Source: Patescibacteria group bacterium
GTDB lineage: Bacteria; Patescibacteriota; Gracilibacteria; UBA1369; UBA12463
Length of the DNA stretch: 40,651 bases
Assembly (NCBI GenBank): GCA_038062935.1
Contig: JBBTWG010000030.1
Span: 1-40,651, forward strand
Direction of reading: 5' to 3'
Shown: one piece after another, positions 1 through 6,748 of the stretch
Numbering within the stretch: the stretch's first letter is position 1
Layout: each line of letters opens with the position of its first letter
The notes under the pieces: generated by a model
The model's database searches: none
What the model saw: only the letters and a program-made list of their open reading frames with translations
What the model was told of the DNA's origin: nothing
Translations under genes and position numbers: made by a program

Positions 1-650
1 TCAGACCACAAATTGCCAACTGAAGCAACGTGTCTTATGTTTGGGGTACTTGCCAGTTCTTCGTATAAGCTCAACTGATAAATATTACAATCGGCAGTCG
101 TATTGTTTATTATTGGCATAAAACCGCCGACATGAAAGCTTAATGGATCACTGTTACTAATTCCAAATGACCCATTCCAGCAGGCGAGTGAAGCTTCGCG
201 ATCTGCATCCGAATCTCCTTCTTGATAGTGTGCCCACGAGCTATGTGCTGCAACTTTGTGCCGAAATTTATTAATTTTCCATGCCTTAGTCTTTCTTTTT
301 TCCTTTTCTGATCTTATCAGTAGCCGAATTTCTTCTGGCAATGGATTGAAGGCTTTTTCTAGCTCAGCGAGAGCTTTATTGAGGATCTTTTCAATATTCC
401 AAATATGAATAACATATGAAATGGTTCGTGACGTGTTTCGTAGTCGGAAATTTTCTAGGCCTTCGAAATCTAACGGTTGACCATTACTGTCAAAGAGGGG
501 GTGCTTGCAGTCGTTCAAGAATTCTTCGTAAATCCATTCTGCCATTTTAAAAATTTCGGAGGCTGCGTGAATGGGGTATGATGATGGAACTTCAAGAATT
601 CTTCCTTCTTTGTTTATCTCTACCGGGTCTTCAGAAATGTATTCAAACAT
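1..650 (-). CDS. Hypothetical protein, partial (C-terminus runs off the left edge), with a HEPN-like R-x5-H motif (FRHKVAAH)
   Basis: Absent from the supplied track because it has no stop in the window. I checked the minus frame triplet by triplet: ATG at 650 (MFEYISEDPVEINKEG...), open down to position 3, upstream in-frame stop at 669-671. The HEPN assignment rests only on the motif and the helical-looking sequence. Confidence 0.55.
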   Translation of the reverse strand, partial: MFEYISEDPVEINKEGRILEVPSSYPIHAASEIFKMAEWIYEEFLNDCKHPLFDSNGQPLDFEGLENFRLRNTSRTISYVIHIWNIEKILNKALAELEKAFNPLPEEIRLLIRSEKEKRKTKAWKINKFRHKVAAHSSWAHYQEGDSDADREASLACWNGSFGISNSDPLSFHVGGFMPIINNTTADCNIYQLSLYEELASTPNIRHVASVGNLWS

Positions 651-784
651 TGTAATGGGTGGTAATACCTAAAGAATTTTAGTATGGCGAGTTTGATCTG
701 GAATTCCATGTACTACAAGTATGCTTTTCTCTTAGAACGGAGCATGATAGGGTCTACTATATTTACTGTTTTAAGGAAATCAAA

Positions 785-1741
785 ATGGAAAATGCTCAAA
801 TTTTTTACGAAAATTTATTGAAGAATGGCCAGAGTGAAATAGATCGTCTTATTACTGAAAATGCTCATGAGCATTATTTCTTGGATTTTAAGGTAAAATC
901 AGATGATAGGGTTGAACCTGCTGATGATATTGATAAGAAGAATCTTGCAAAGGCCTTATCTGGATTTGCAAATTCTCAAGGAGGCCTATTGATTTGGGGC
1001 GTAGAGAAGAAAGATGGGAAGCCTATGAGATATAAACTTGTAAAGTCTCCTCATGCATTTATTGAATCGTTAAATAGGGCTGTTTCTCAGGTTGTGACCC
1101 CTTTCGTTGATGCAGCTGATAGCAAATTGGTATTTCAGAACAGTGATAGCGAAGGTGTTGTGGTCACATATATACCTCGGAGCGAGAAAACACCCCATAG
1201 ATCCCTTAAAGATAGATCATATTATATGAGGTCCGGGGACTCATTTTTATCGATGGAACATAGTCAGCTAGAAGATATGTTTGGTAGAAGGAATAGACCC
1301 AAATTGCATGTTATTGTTAAGGCGCATATGTATAGCGAATCTCGACCTGCTGCTACGTATTCACTTGATATAACACTAAAAAATGAAGGAAGGGCAATTA
1401 GTCAGCATTTTGGTTTTGATTTAGAGTTTCCAGCTAAAGTTTTGGATTATTCTGCTCCGTGGCATGATAGGCCAAGTTTTGTTGATCGATCGTCGGAGCT
1501 AGGCCCTATTCGATATAGAAACCATCATGATATGGAGAAAACCCCTATATATCCAGGCGAGACAATAAAGATCGCAACTAATAATTATCGCTTATCGTAT
1601 ATACATTTTCAGCTTACGAAGAATCAGTTTGAAGCCTGGAAAGATACTATCTTGCATTATAGCGTATATAGCGAAAATATGATGACACAGTCAGGCGAGA
1701 TGAGGTTTGGAGACTTGTTCTCTACTCCACCAACTTATTAG
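785..1741 (+). CDS. AlbA_2 / Schlafen-like (divergent AAA_4) domain protein with an unrecognised beta-rich C-terminal half
   Basis: The 318-aa ORF has EHYFLDFKVK ... LAKALSGFANSQGGLLIWGVEKKDGKP ... YYMRSGDSFLSMEHSQLEDMF, matching the E-x-LEFK / AFANT-GG-IGV / R-G-S pattern of Pfam AlbA_2. An AAGGA lies 9 nt before the ATG. Confidence 0.7.
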   Translation: MENAQIFYENLLKNGQSEIDRLITENAHEHYFLDFKVKSDDRVEPADDIDKKNLAKALSGFANSQGGLLIWGVEKKDGKPMRYKLVKSPHAFIESLNRAVSQVVTPFVDAADSKLVFQNSDSEGVVVTYIPRSEKTPHRSLKDRSYYMRSGDSFLSMEHSQLEDMFGRRNRPKLHVIVKAHMYSESRPAATYSLDITLKNEGRAISQHFGFDLEFPAKVLDYSAPWHDRPSFVDRSSELGPIRYRNHHDMEKTPIYPGETIKIATNNYRLSYIHFQLTKNQFEAWKDTILHYSVYSENMMTQSGEMRFGDLFSTPPTY

Positions 1742-1861
1742 AAATAAGCTATGGACGATTCTGAACAAGAGGAGGTTTTTGAGCAATCATAACCTTCTTT
1801 TATGTTTGAGTTGTAGGAACTTCCAAATGATTAAGCTCCTGAAAATTTATTCCAGACTTCT

Positions 1862-2644
1862 TCAGGAACGTATTTGAGTGCTGCTATGAATAACCTTTGG
1901 AGTTCTTCCTTCTCTTCTTTTTCCATGATCTGGATTGATTATGTTACCAGCTGAAATACATTTCAACAAAATACGCGTCTGGTATTCTTCAAGAGTGTCT
2001 TCTACTTCGGAAGTTGGATACTCTCCCTCATTGTCTTTCCATGATTTATCATTTTGTTCTTGATAGCCCAACAATGTAAGCAAGGCATCTCCCTCAACAA
2101 CAGCTTTGGAAAGACATGTTTTATAGTAGGGGGATGTTGCTACAGGATTCAGATTTTCTTTTTCGATATCTGAGCAATTATAAAATCCTTTGATTCTTGT
2201 ATTATAGTATTTCCCAAAAGAGTCGGCTTCCTCAAATTCTTTCCATGCTGATGTAGGGATGCCGCAGTATTCATAATTGTTTTTATTGAGTTTTATAATC
2301 ATGTGACCATTGCTTGAGTCATACCATGCTCCATTCACAAACGAACTCTTGGATGTATCGAGATATTCAAAATTTGAAAAATTTACTGAATCCTTCCGAT
2401 ATTTTACGTTTACAGATTTGCTCTTTTGAATAAGGAAAAATCCACTTATTATACAAAATATAGTCGTAGCGATAATGGCTATTCGTATTATCTTTTTTTT
2501 ATTCATAATCATGCTATTTTCTTTTATTTCCATCTCAACTTCTGCTCTTTCTTCTGGTGATAGATTCTCTTTTGCCTCTCTGAGCGCCTCGATAAACATC
2601 TGCTGTAATTTCTTTTTTTCCTCTGGATTTAAGATTGGCGTCAT
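1862..2644 (-). CDS. Membrane-anchored KTSC-domain protein
   Basis: The 260-aa ORF has one TM segment (IIRIAIIATTIFCIISGFFLI). It is followed by AWYDSSNGHMIIKLNKNNYEYCGIPTSAWKEFEEADSFGKYYNTRIKGFY, which fits the KTSC domain pattern. Confidence 0.6.
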   Translation of the reverse strand: MTPILNPEEKKKLQQMFIEALREAKENLSPEERAEVEMEIKENSMIMNKKKIIRIAIIATTIFCIISGFFLIQKSKSVNVKYRKDSVNFSNFEYLDTSKSSFVNGAWYDSSNGHMIIKLNKNNYEYCGIPTSAWKEFEEADSFGKYYNTRIKGFYNCSDIEKENLNPVATSPYYKTCLSKAVVEGDALLTLLGYQEQNDKSWKDNEGEYPTSEVEDTLEEYQTRILLKCISAGNIINPDHGKRREGRTPKVIHSSTQIRS

Positions 2645-2647
2645 AAT

Positions 2648-2866
2648 TTACTGTTTTTTGGAACCTTTTTTCCCGGTATATGGATTGTAATTTCCCTTTG
2701 AGGAATAGTTATCATACTTTTTTGAATTGGATGATGAGCGGTAGTGCGGTTGAATATATGTACCTTTCTTTGTAGTATAACCCTTTACGCGTGTGGCGGC
2801 ATATGCTGGAAGAGTGCTGGTAATGAGAGCTAAAGAAATAAGAATAGAAACGATCATTTTTCTCAT
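2648..2866 (-). CDS. Small secreted basic protein (signal peptide, GNYNPYTG motif)
   Basis: The 72-aa ORF has a signal peptide ending in AYA. The motif KKGTYIQPHYRSS..DNYS.KGN.NPYTGKKG recurs in small bacterial exported proteins. Its start lies 18 nt after the stop of the upstream ORF 2885..3430, and its stop 3 nt before the start of 1862..2644. Confidence 0.55.
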   Translation of the reverse strand: MRKMIVSILISLALITSTLPAYAATRVKGYTTKKGTYIQPHYRSSSNSKKYDNYSSKGNYNPYTGKKGSKKQ

Positions 2867-2884
2867 ATGAGAGATGTTAAAAAA

Positions 2885-3430
2885 TTATATGGATTCGAGA
2901 CATTGTTGGTAGCTGTATTGTTGTGAACGCTTAGTTATCTCTTCAAGCATATTTGTCCGCTGTTTTTCATATGCATCAATGTTTTGTTTTATGCTATTGA
3001 TTGGTATTTGACATAGCTCTCTACCTTGATCGTCTGTCTGTAATTTTATACATTCAAAAGTCATATTAAGCGCATCCTTCAAATCATTTTTCAATTTGTT
3101 TATTTGTGCCTGAAAATGAAAACCCTCTTCAATACTGGTTAGAGTTGTTTCAATATCTGGAAGACCTTCAATTAGTTTTATTTTGCATTTTTCTATTTCT
3201 AGATTTGTATCTTTAAATATCTTTGGCGCAATATATGGCTGACTATTTTTTTTGGTTGGTTTTGGTAACGGAGTTTCTGTTTTTTTCTTTTCGATTACAG
3301 CAGGTGCAGATTTCTGTATTTCTATCTTCGCCTGTTCATTTTTTGGTAGAAAAATTGAGTAATAATATGCCGAAGACGTGCTTGCAATCAAAATTCCACT
3401 CACTAGTGCTATTCGTAGATATTTATCCAT
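2885..3430 (-). CDS. Signal-anchored hypothetical protein
   Basis: The 181-aa ORF has an N-terminal hydrophobic segment (LRIALVSGILIASTSSAYYY), then a Lys/Pro-rich linker and a helical domain. It is first in a three-gene minus-strand string. Confidence 0.5.
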   Translation of the reverse strand: MDKYLRIALVSGILIASTSSAYYYSIFLPKNEQAKIEIQKSAPAVIEKKKTETPLPKPTKKNSQPYIAPKIFKDTNLEIEKCKIKLIEGLPDIETTLTSIEEGFHFQAQINKLKNDLKDALNMTFECIKLQTDDQGRELCQIPINSIKQNIDAYEKQRTNMLEEITKRSQQYSYQQCLESI

Positions 3431-3543
3431 TCCTGAGAAGTGTAAATGATGTCTATAAGTATCTTATTAAGACTACGTTAACACATGAAATGTGATACGC
3501 ATAGTCCGTCGCCTTATAATCATCAGAATTCTATGCTCAAGTC

Positions 3544-3765
3544 GTGAATAAAAGTAACGACATACTCAAGAAATTTGGCAGAAGAATTAAGGCACTCCGG
3601 CAGCAGAAGGGGATTACCTCTCAGATGAGTTTAGCTTTAAAAGCAGGCTTAGATAGAACGTATGTAGGAGGGATAGAAAGAGGTGAAAGGAATGTTGCTC
3701 TTAGAAATCTTGAAAAGTTAGCGAAGGCATTCGGAGTTAGCATTGAAGAACTGTTCAAATTTTGA
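3544..3765 (+). CDS. XRE-family helix-turn-helix transcriptional regulator
   Basis: The 73-aa ORF contains LRQQKGITSQMSLALKAGLDRTYVGGIERGERNVALRNLEKLAKAFGVSIEELF, a classical Cro/C1 HTH. It uses a GTG start. Confidence 0.8.
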   Translation: MNKSNDILKKFGRRIKALRQQKGITSQMSLALKAGLDRTYVGGIERGERNVALRNLEKLAKAFGVSIEELFKF

Positions 3766-4175
3766 TCCAGAGGTCGTACAATGGATTTATGTCCAAGAGA
3801 CTTACGATTAAGCAACGGAAATTTACCCAAGAATATCTGCGTTCTGGCAATGGAACAGGGGCTGTTTTAAAAACATACAATACAAAAAGTTCTGTAGTTG
3901 CAGCTTCAATTGCTCATGAGAACCTCAGAAAACCTCAGATTAAAGATCTTATTGATGAGCACGCTCTGGATGCTGCAAAGAGAATGGGTGAGCTTATTAG
4001 ACAAGATAAAAGTCTTAGCGTCGCATTCCAAGCTTCTAAGGATACACTTGATCGTGCTGGATATAAGTCGTCAACGGTACATCGAGATGACTCTAAAATT
4101 AGACAAATGACTGATCAGGAACTGGAAGAGGAAATAGCAAGTACTTTTACTCATATCTTGGCAAAAATTGGATGA
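3762..4175 (+). CDS. Phage terminase small subunit-like (Terminase_2 HTH) protein
   Basis: LTIKQRKFTQEYLRSGNGTGAVLKTY...AASIAHENLRKPQIKDLIDE matches the LT-KQ-F-EYL-GN-T-A ... ENL-KP-I pattern of TerS. The track start is a TTG at 3762 overlapping the XRE stop; the first ATG is at 3789. Confidence 0.7.
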   Translation: MIQRSYNGFMSKRLTIKQRKFTQEYLRSGNGTGAVLKTYNTKSSVVAASIAHENLRKPQIKDLIDEHALDAAKRMGELIRQDKSLSVAFQASKDTLDRAGYKSSTVHRDDSKIRQMTDQELEEEIASTFTHILAKIG

Positions 4176-4198
4176 GAGTTTTTGAATGTTCGAAAAAA

Positions 4199-4237
4199 TT
4201 GACTCAGATTGACTCAGATGTCGGTTTTTGGCATACT
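4199..4237 (+). promoter_or_regulatory. Tandem TTGACTCAGA x2, the second copy forming a -35 with a CATACT -10 (17-nt spacer)
   Basis: TTGACTCAGA occurs at 4199-4208 and 4209-4218. TTGACT (4209-4214), 17 nt, then CATACT (4232-4237). Confidence 0.35.
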
Positions 4238-4397
4238 TTGTATGATTTCTTGCAGATAGAGTAAGTTTCGCAAGAGCCTCTGTTCAATTCTACGCGTATG
4301 GGGCACGCAGCTCCAGATTGAAGAGGAAGTCTTCACTGGTTATATCCCGCTACTGATTACCGTTACTGACCTGCTACAGTAATTTAATCAGTTTTTT

Positions 4398-4616
4398 GTG
4401 GAGGCTCTAAAAAGGTTCAAAAAAATCAGTGGCAGAAGATTAGCGTCTGATGGAAGCGATATTCTTTGTGCTTCCCTTGAACCCTACAAAAGTAATGGTG
4501 ATTTTTTGAGCGATCTTGCTTCTGCTCTTGAGTCTGATTATGGCTTACAGCTATCAAACTCTGAACTTCGTAAGGCAGGTGAAAATATAGATTCTGTTCT
4601 TGGTTCTTTTCTTTGA
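4398..4616 (+). CDS. Small hypothetical protein (possible recombinase accessory factor, or simply leader sequence)
   Basis: The 72-aa ORF has a GTG start and no recognisable motif. It lies in the 478-bp gap upstream of the recombinase. Confidence 0.25.
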   Translation: MEALKRFKKISGRRLASDGSDILCASLEPYKSNGDFLSDLASALESDYGLQLSNSELRKAGENIDSVLGSFL

Positions 4617-4653
4617 TTTTTGCTATCATGAATTTAAATTTTCACCTGAACTT

Positions 4654-6489
4654 ATGGCTTTTCGAACTGTTATATATCTTCGTAAATCGTCAAAAGATAG
4701 AGAAGAGAAGCAGATTCATTCTATCGAGAGACAAAGAAAAGATATTGAGGAATATCTTGAGAAGCGTGCAAAAATAGAAGATGTTTTGAAGTCCGATTCT
4801 GATAATGATCTTTTTTATGAGGATGCCTCTGCGAAGTACGAAGGGAGGGTAGAGTTTAATCGTATGATTCAGGAGATAAAAAGAAATAAATATGATGTCT
4901 TGCTCTGTACTGATCTATCGCGTCTTTCTCGAAATGCCATTGATAATGGCATACTCGTTCAGCTCTTGGAGAAGGGGTATTTACAGGAGGTTCGTACTTT
5001 AGATAAGATTTTTACAACTTCACCCACTGACAAATTTACATTATCTCTCTTTTTGGCTGTTTCGAAGTACGAGAATGACCAGAGGGCTTTAAATACTGTC
5101 TCTGGTATGAGTAATATGCGTGCTCAGGGTGCTACTACCTTCAAGGCTCCTATGGGCTACATTAACTGTGGCGAAGAGAAGGGGAATAAATGGGTAGAAC
5201 AAGATGGCGAAAATTTTATCAAGATAAAGAGGTTATGGGCACTTTTTTTGAGTGATTCTTGGACAGTTAAGGCTCTTACTGAGGAGGCTCGTAATGTAGG
5301 AGTTACTGTTTTAGGCATTAAGGGGAGGAGATCATCTCCTGTTGAGAGTACTCTTCGTAGCATGTTTTTAAATCGCTATTACACTGGTTTTATCAAAAAT
5401 ACTGATAAAAGTGGTAATGAGACTTGGATTCAAGGACGTCATGATTCTATGGTTACGGAGGAGGAATTTCAGCAGGTGCAGCTCATTCTTCAAAAGAATG
5501 GTTACAAACATGTGAAAATGGATCGCGCTCCAGATCTTCCAGGTATTATAAAGGCTATTGCTGTCAGTGGAATCTATAAGATCAAAGATGATAATGGGAA
5601 ATTGAAGCCTGCTTCAATGATTTATGAAAAGAAGGTGCGTTATACCTGTGCCAATTGTTCTGATCGATACACTTCTAATCAGCCTAAGCCCTGTCCTGAA
5701 TGCGAAACTCCCATTAGTAAAGATACTCGAACATATGTTGATGAGCGCATGTCTCATTTTACTCAAGATCACAAGAAAAAGAACTCCATTATATTTGCTC
5801 TTGTTGAGAAATCTTTGAAGAAGGAGTTTGGGAAACTTGTTATTACAGAGGCTTTATTCAATGTTTTGAGGAGAAAGCTTTATACCATGTGGCTTGAGAA
5901 GCATAAGCTTGTTTCGATAAAGCGAAAGGATTTGAAAGTCCATATTGAGAAACTTGAAGAAGAGCGAGATGAACTTTATCGGAAGAAGTTTTTGGAGGTG
6001 AAAGATTCTGAGAAACTTATGTTTGCCACGGAGCGTGTTGAAAAAGAAATTGTGAATTATGAGCAGCAGTTAGCTGATTTAAAAGAGAGGCATGAAGAAG
6101 AATTTGAAATTGCTTGGCAAAAAATGCAGGTTTTGAGGGATGCCAAGGAGCTTTTGAGTCCAAAAATTGACTTCGAACCAAAAAAGAGGCTTATTCTATC
6201 TCTTGTTTCGAACCTTGTTTTTTACAAGGGAAAAATTGAGGTTGAATGGAAAGAACCCTTTGCTAGACTGGTAAAATCTGGTGTCGTCAAAAATATGACG
6301 TGTGCCATTTCTGGTGATTCTTTGAGTATAAAATCAACTGGCTCCCGGGGTCGGTTTCGAACCGACGACCCTCTCGTTACACTTGTCCTAAGATTTCTCA
6401 AAGGGGTGGACTATATCATCATCCCATTGGGATGCAGGGCGCTTCCGTCCCACTTTCGTGGGAAGTACTCCATAAAGGATAGTCTCTGA
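4654..6489 (+). CDS. Large serine recombinase (phage-integrase type)
   Basis: The N-terminal resolvase domain has VIYLRKSSKDREEKQIHSIERQ and DLSRLSRN. There is a recombinase domain, a zinc ribbon (CANCSDRY...CPECETP) and a long coiled coil. The track ORF starts at 4600; the first ATG is at 4654. The last ~50 codons (6339-6489) are antisense to tRNA-Asn exon 2 and the intron. Confidence 0.85.
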   Translation: MAFRTVIYLRKSSKDREEKQIHSIERQRKDIEEYLEKRAKIEDVLKSDSDNDLFYEDASAKYEGRVEFNRMIQEIKRNKYDVLLCTDLSRLSRNAIDNGILVQLLEKGYLQEVRTLDKIFTTSPTDKFTLSLFLAVSKYENDQRALNTVSGMSNMRAQGATTFKAPMGYINCGEEKGNKWVEQDGENFIKIKRLWALFLSDSWTVKALTEEARNVGVTVLGIKGRRSSPVESTLRSMFLNRYYTGFIKNTDKSGNETWIQGRHDSMVTEEEFQQVQLILQKNGYKHVKMDRAPDLPGIIKAIAVSGIYKIKDDNGKLKPASMIYEKKVRYTCANCSDRYTSNQPKPCPECETPISKDTRTYVDERMSHFTQDHKKKNSIIFALVEKSLKKEFGKLVITEALFNVLRRKLYTMWLEKHKLVSIKRKDLKVHIEKLEEERDELYRKKFLEVKDSEKLMFATERVEKEIVNYEQQLADLKERHEEEFEIAWQKMQVLRDAKELLSPKIDFEPKKRLILSLVSNLVFYKGKIEVEWKEPFARLVKSGVVKNMTCAISGDSLSIKSTGSRGRFRTDDPLVTLVLRFLKGVDYIIIPLGCRALPSHFRGKYSIKDSL

Positions 6490-6638
6490 ACCTTCCCCGC
6501 CTTGGCGGGGCTTGGCTGCGGATTGCCTTAGCTTTCGCTTTAGGTTTCCCGCAATTCACCCTGTTTTTCCAGTGTCATTACTGACAAAGGCTGCAATCTA
6601 ATTTACAGCGAGATGCTCTGCCCCTGAGCTACCCGGGA
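6339..6638 (-). tRNA. tRNA-Asn(GUU), split by a group I intron (exons 6638-6605 and 6379-6339)
   Basis: The joined exons give a 75-nt cloverleaf: acceptor UCCCGGG/CCCGGGA, D stem GCUC/GAGC, anticodon stem UCUCG/CGAGA, loop CUGUUAA. T arm GUCGG-UUCGAAA-CCGAC, discriminator G73, encoded CCA. U1-A72 and G73 match E. coli tRNA-Asn. Confidence 0.85.
6380..6604 (-). ncRNA. Group I (IC3-like) intron in the anticodon loop, between positions 35 and 36
   Basis: Conserved core strings GGGAAACCUAAA, AAGGCAAUCC, AGCCAAGCC, GAAGGUUCAGAGACUA and AUAGUCC are present. Exon GCUGU pairs with intron GCAGC (P1) with U.G at the splice site. The terminal G is at 6380. There is a GUAA-capped hairpin (UGUCAGUAAUGACA) and no internal ORF. 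Confidence 0.8.
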
Positions 6639-6748
6639 ACGTGTTGGCAATGAACAAGATGCCTTTGCAATAGAGGTCTTTTGCGCAAGGCGAACCAAAC
6701 TATAGCGAACTCTTCGTGTGATTTCAATTCAAAAGTTTTTTGCTGTTT

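Larger units (their letters stand above)
1..6338. mobile_element. Integrated element (prophage remnant or satellite-like island), right end at the tRNA-Asn 3' end, left end outside the window
   Basis: The serine recombinase lies directly against a tRNA 3' end. XRE plus TerS-like genes and accessory or defence-like cargo are present. The region looks more AT-rich than the housekeeping DNA to the right. Confidence 0.55.

Noticed and set aside
6339-6638. Alternative readings of the split tRNA as Tyr(GUA) or Thr(UGU)
   Set aside because: A splice after U33 joined to UGUAA would also give a 7-nt loop (Thr). However, only the U35|U36 junction has a P1 partner (GCUGU with GCAGC, U.G at the splice site). 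U1-A72 and G73 fit Asn. Tyr would need a long variable arm in bacteria and does not follow the U-before / G-before splice rule.
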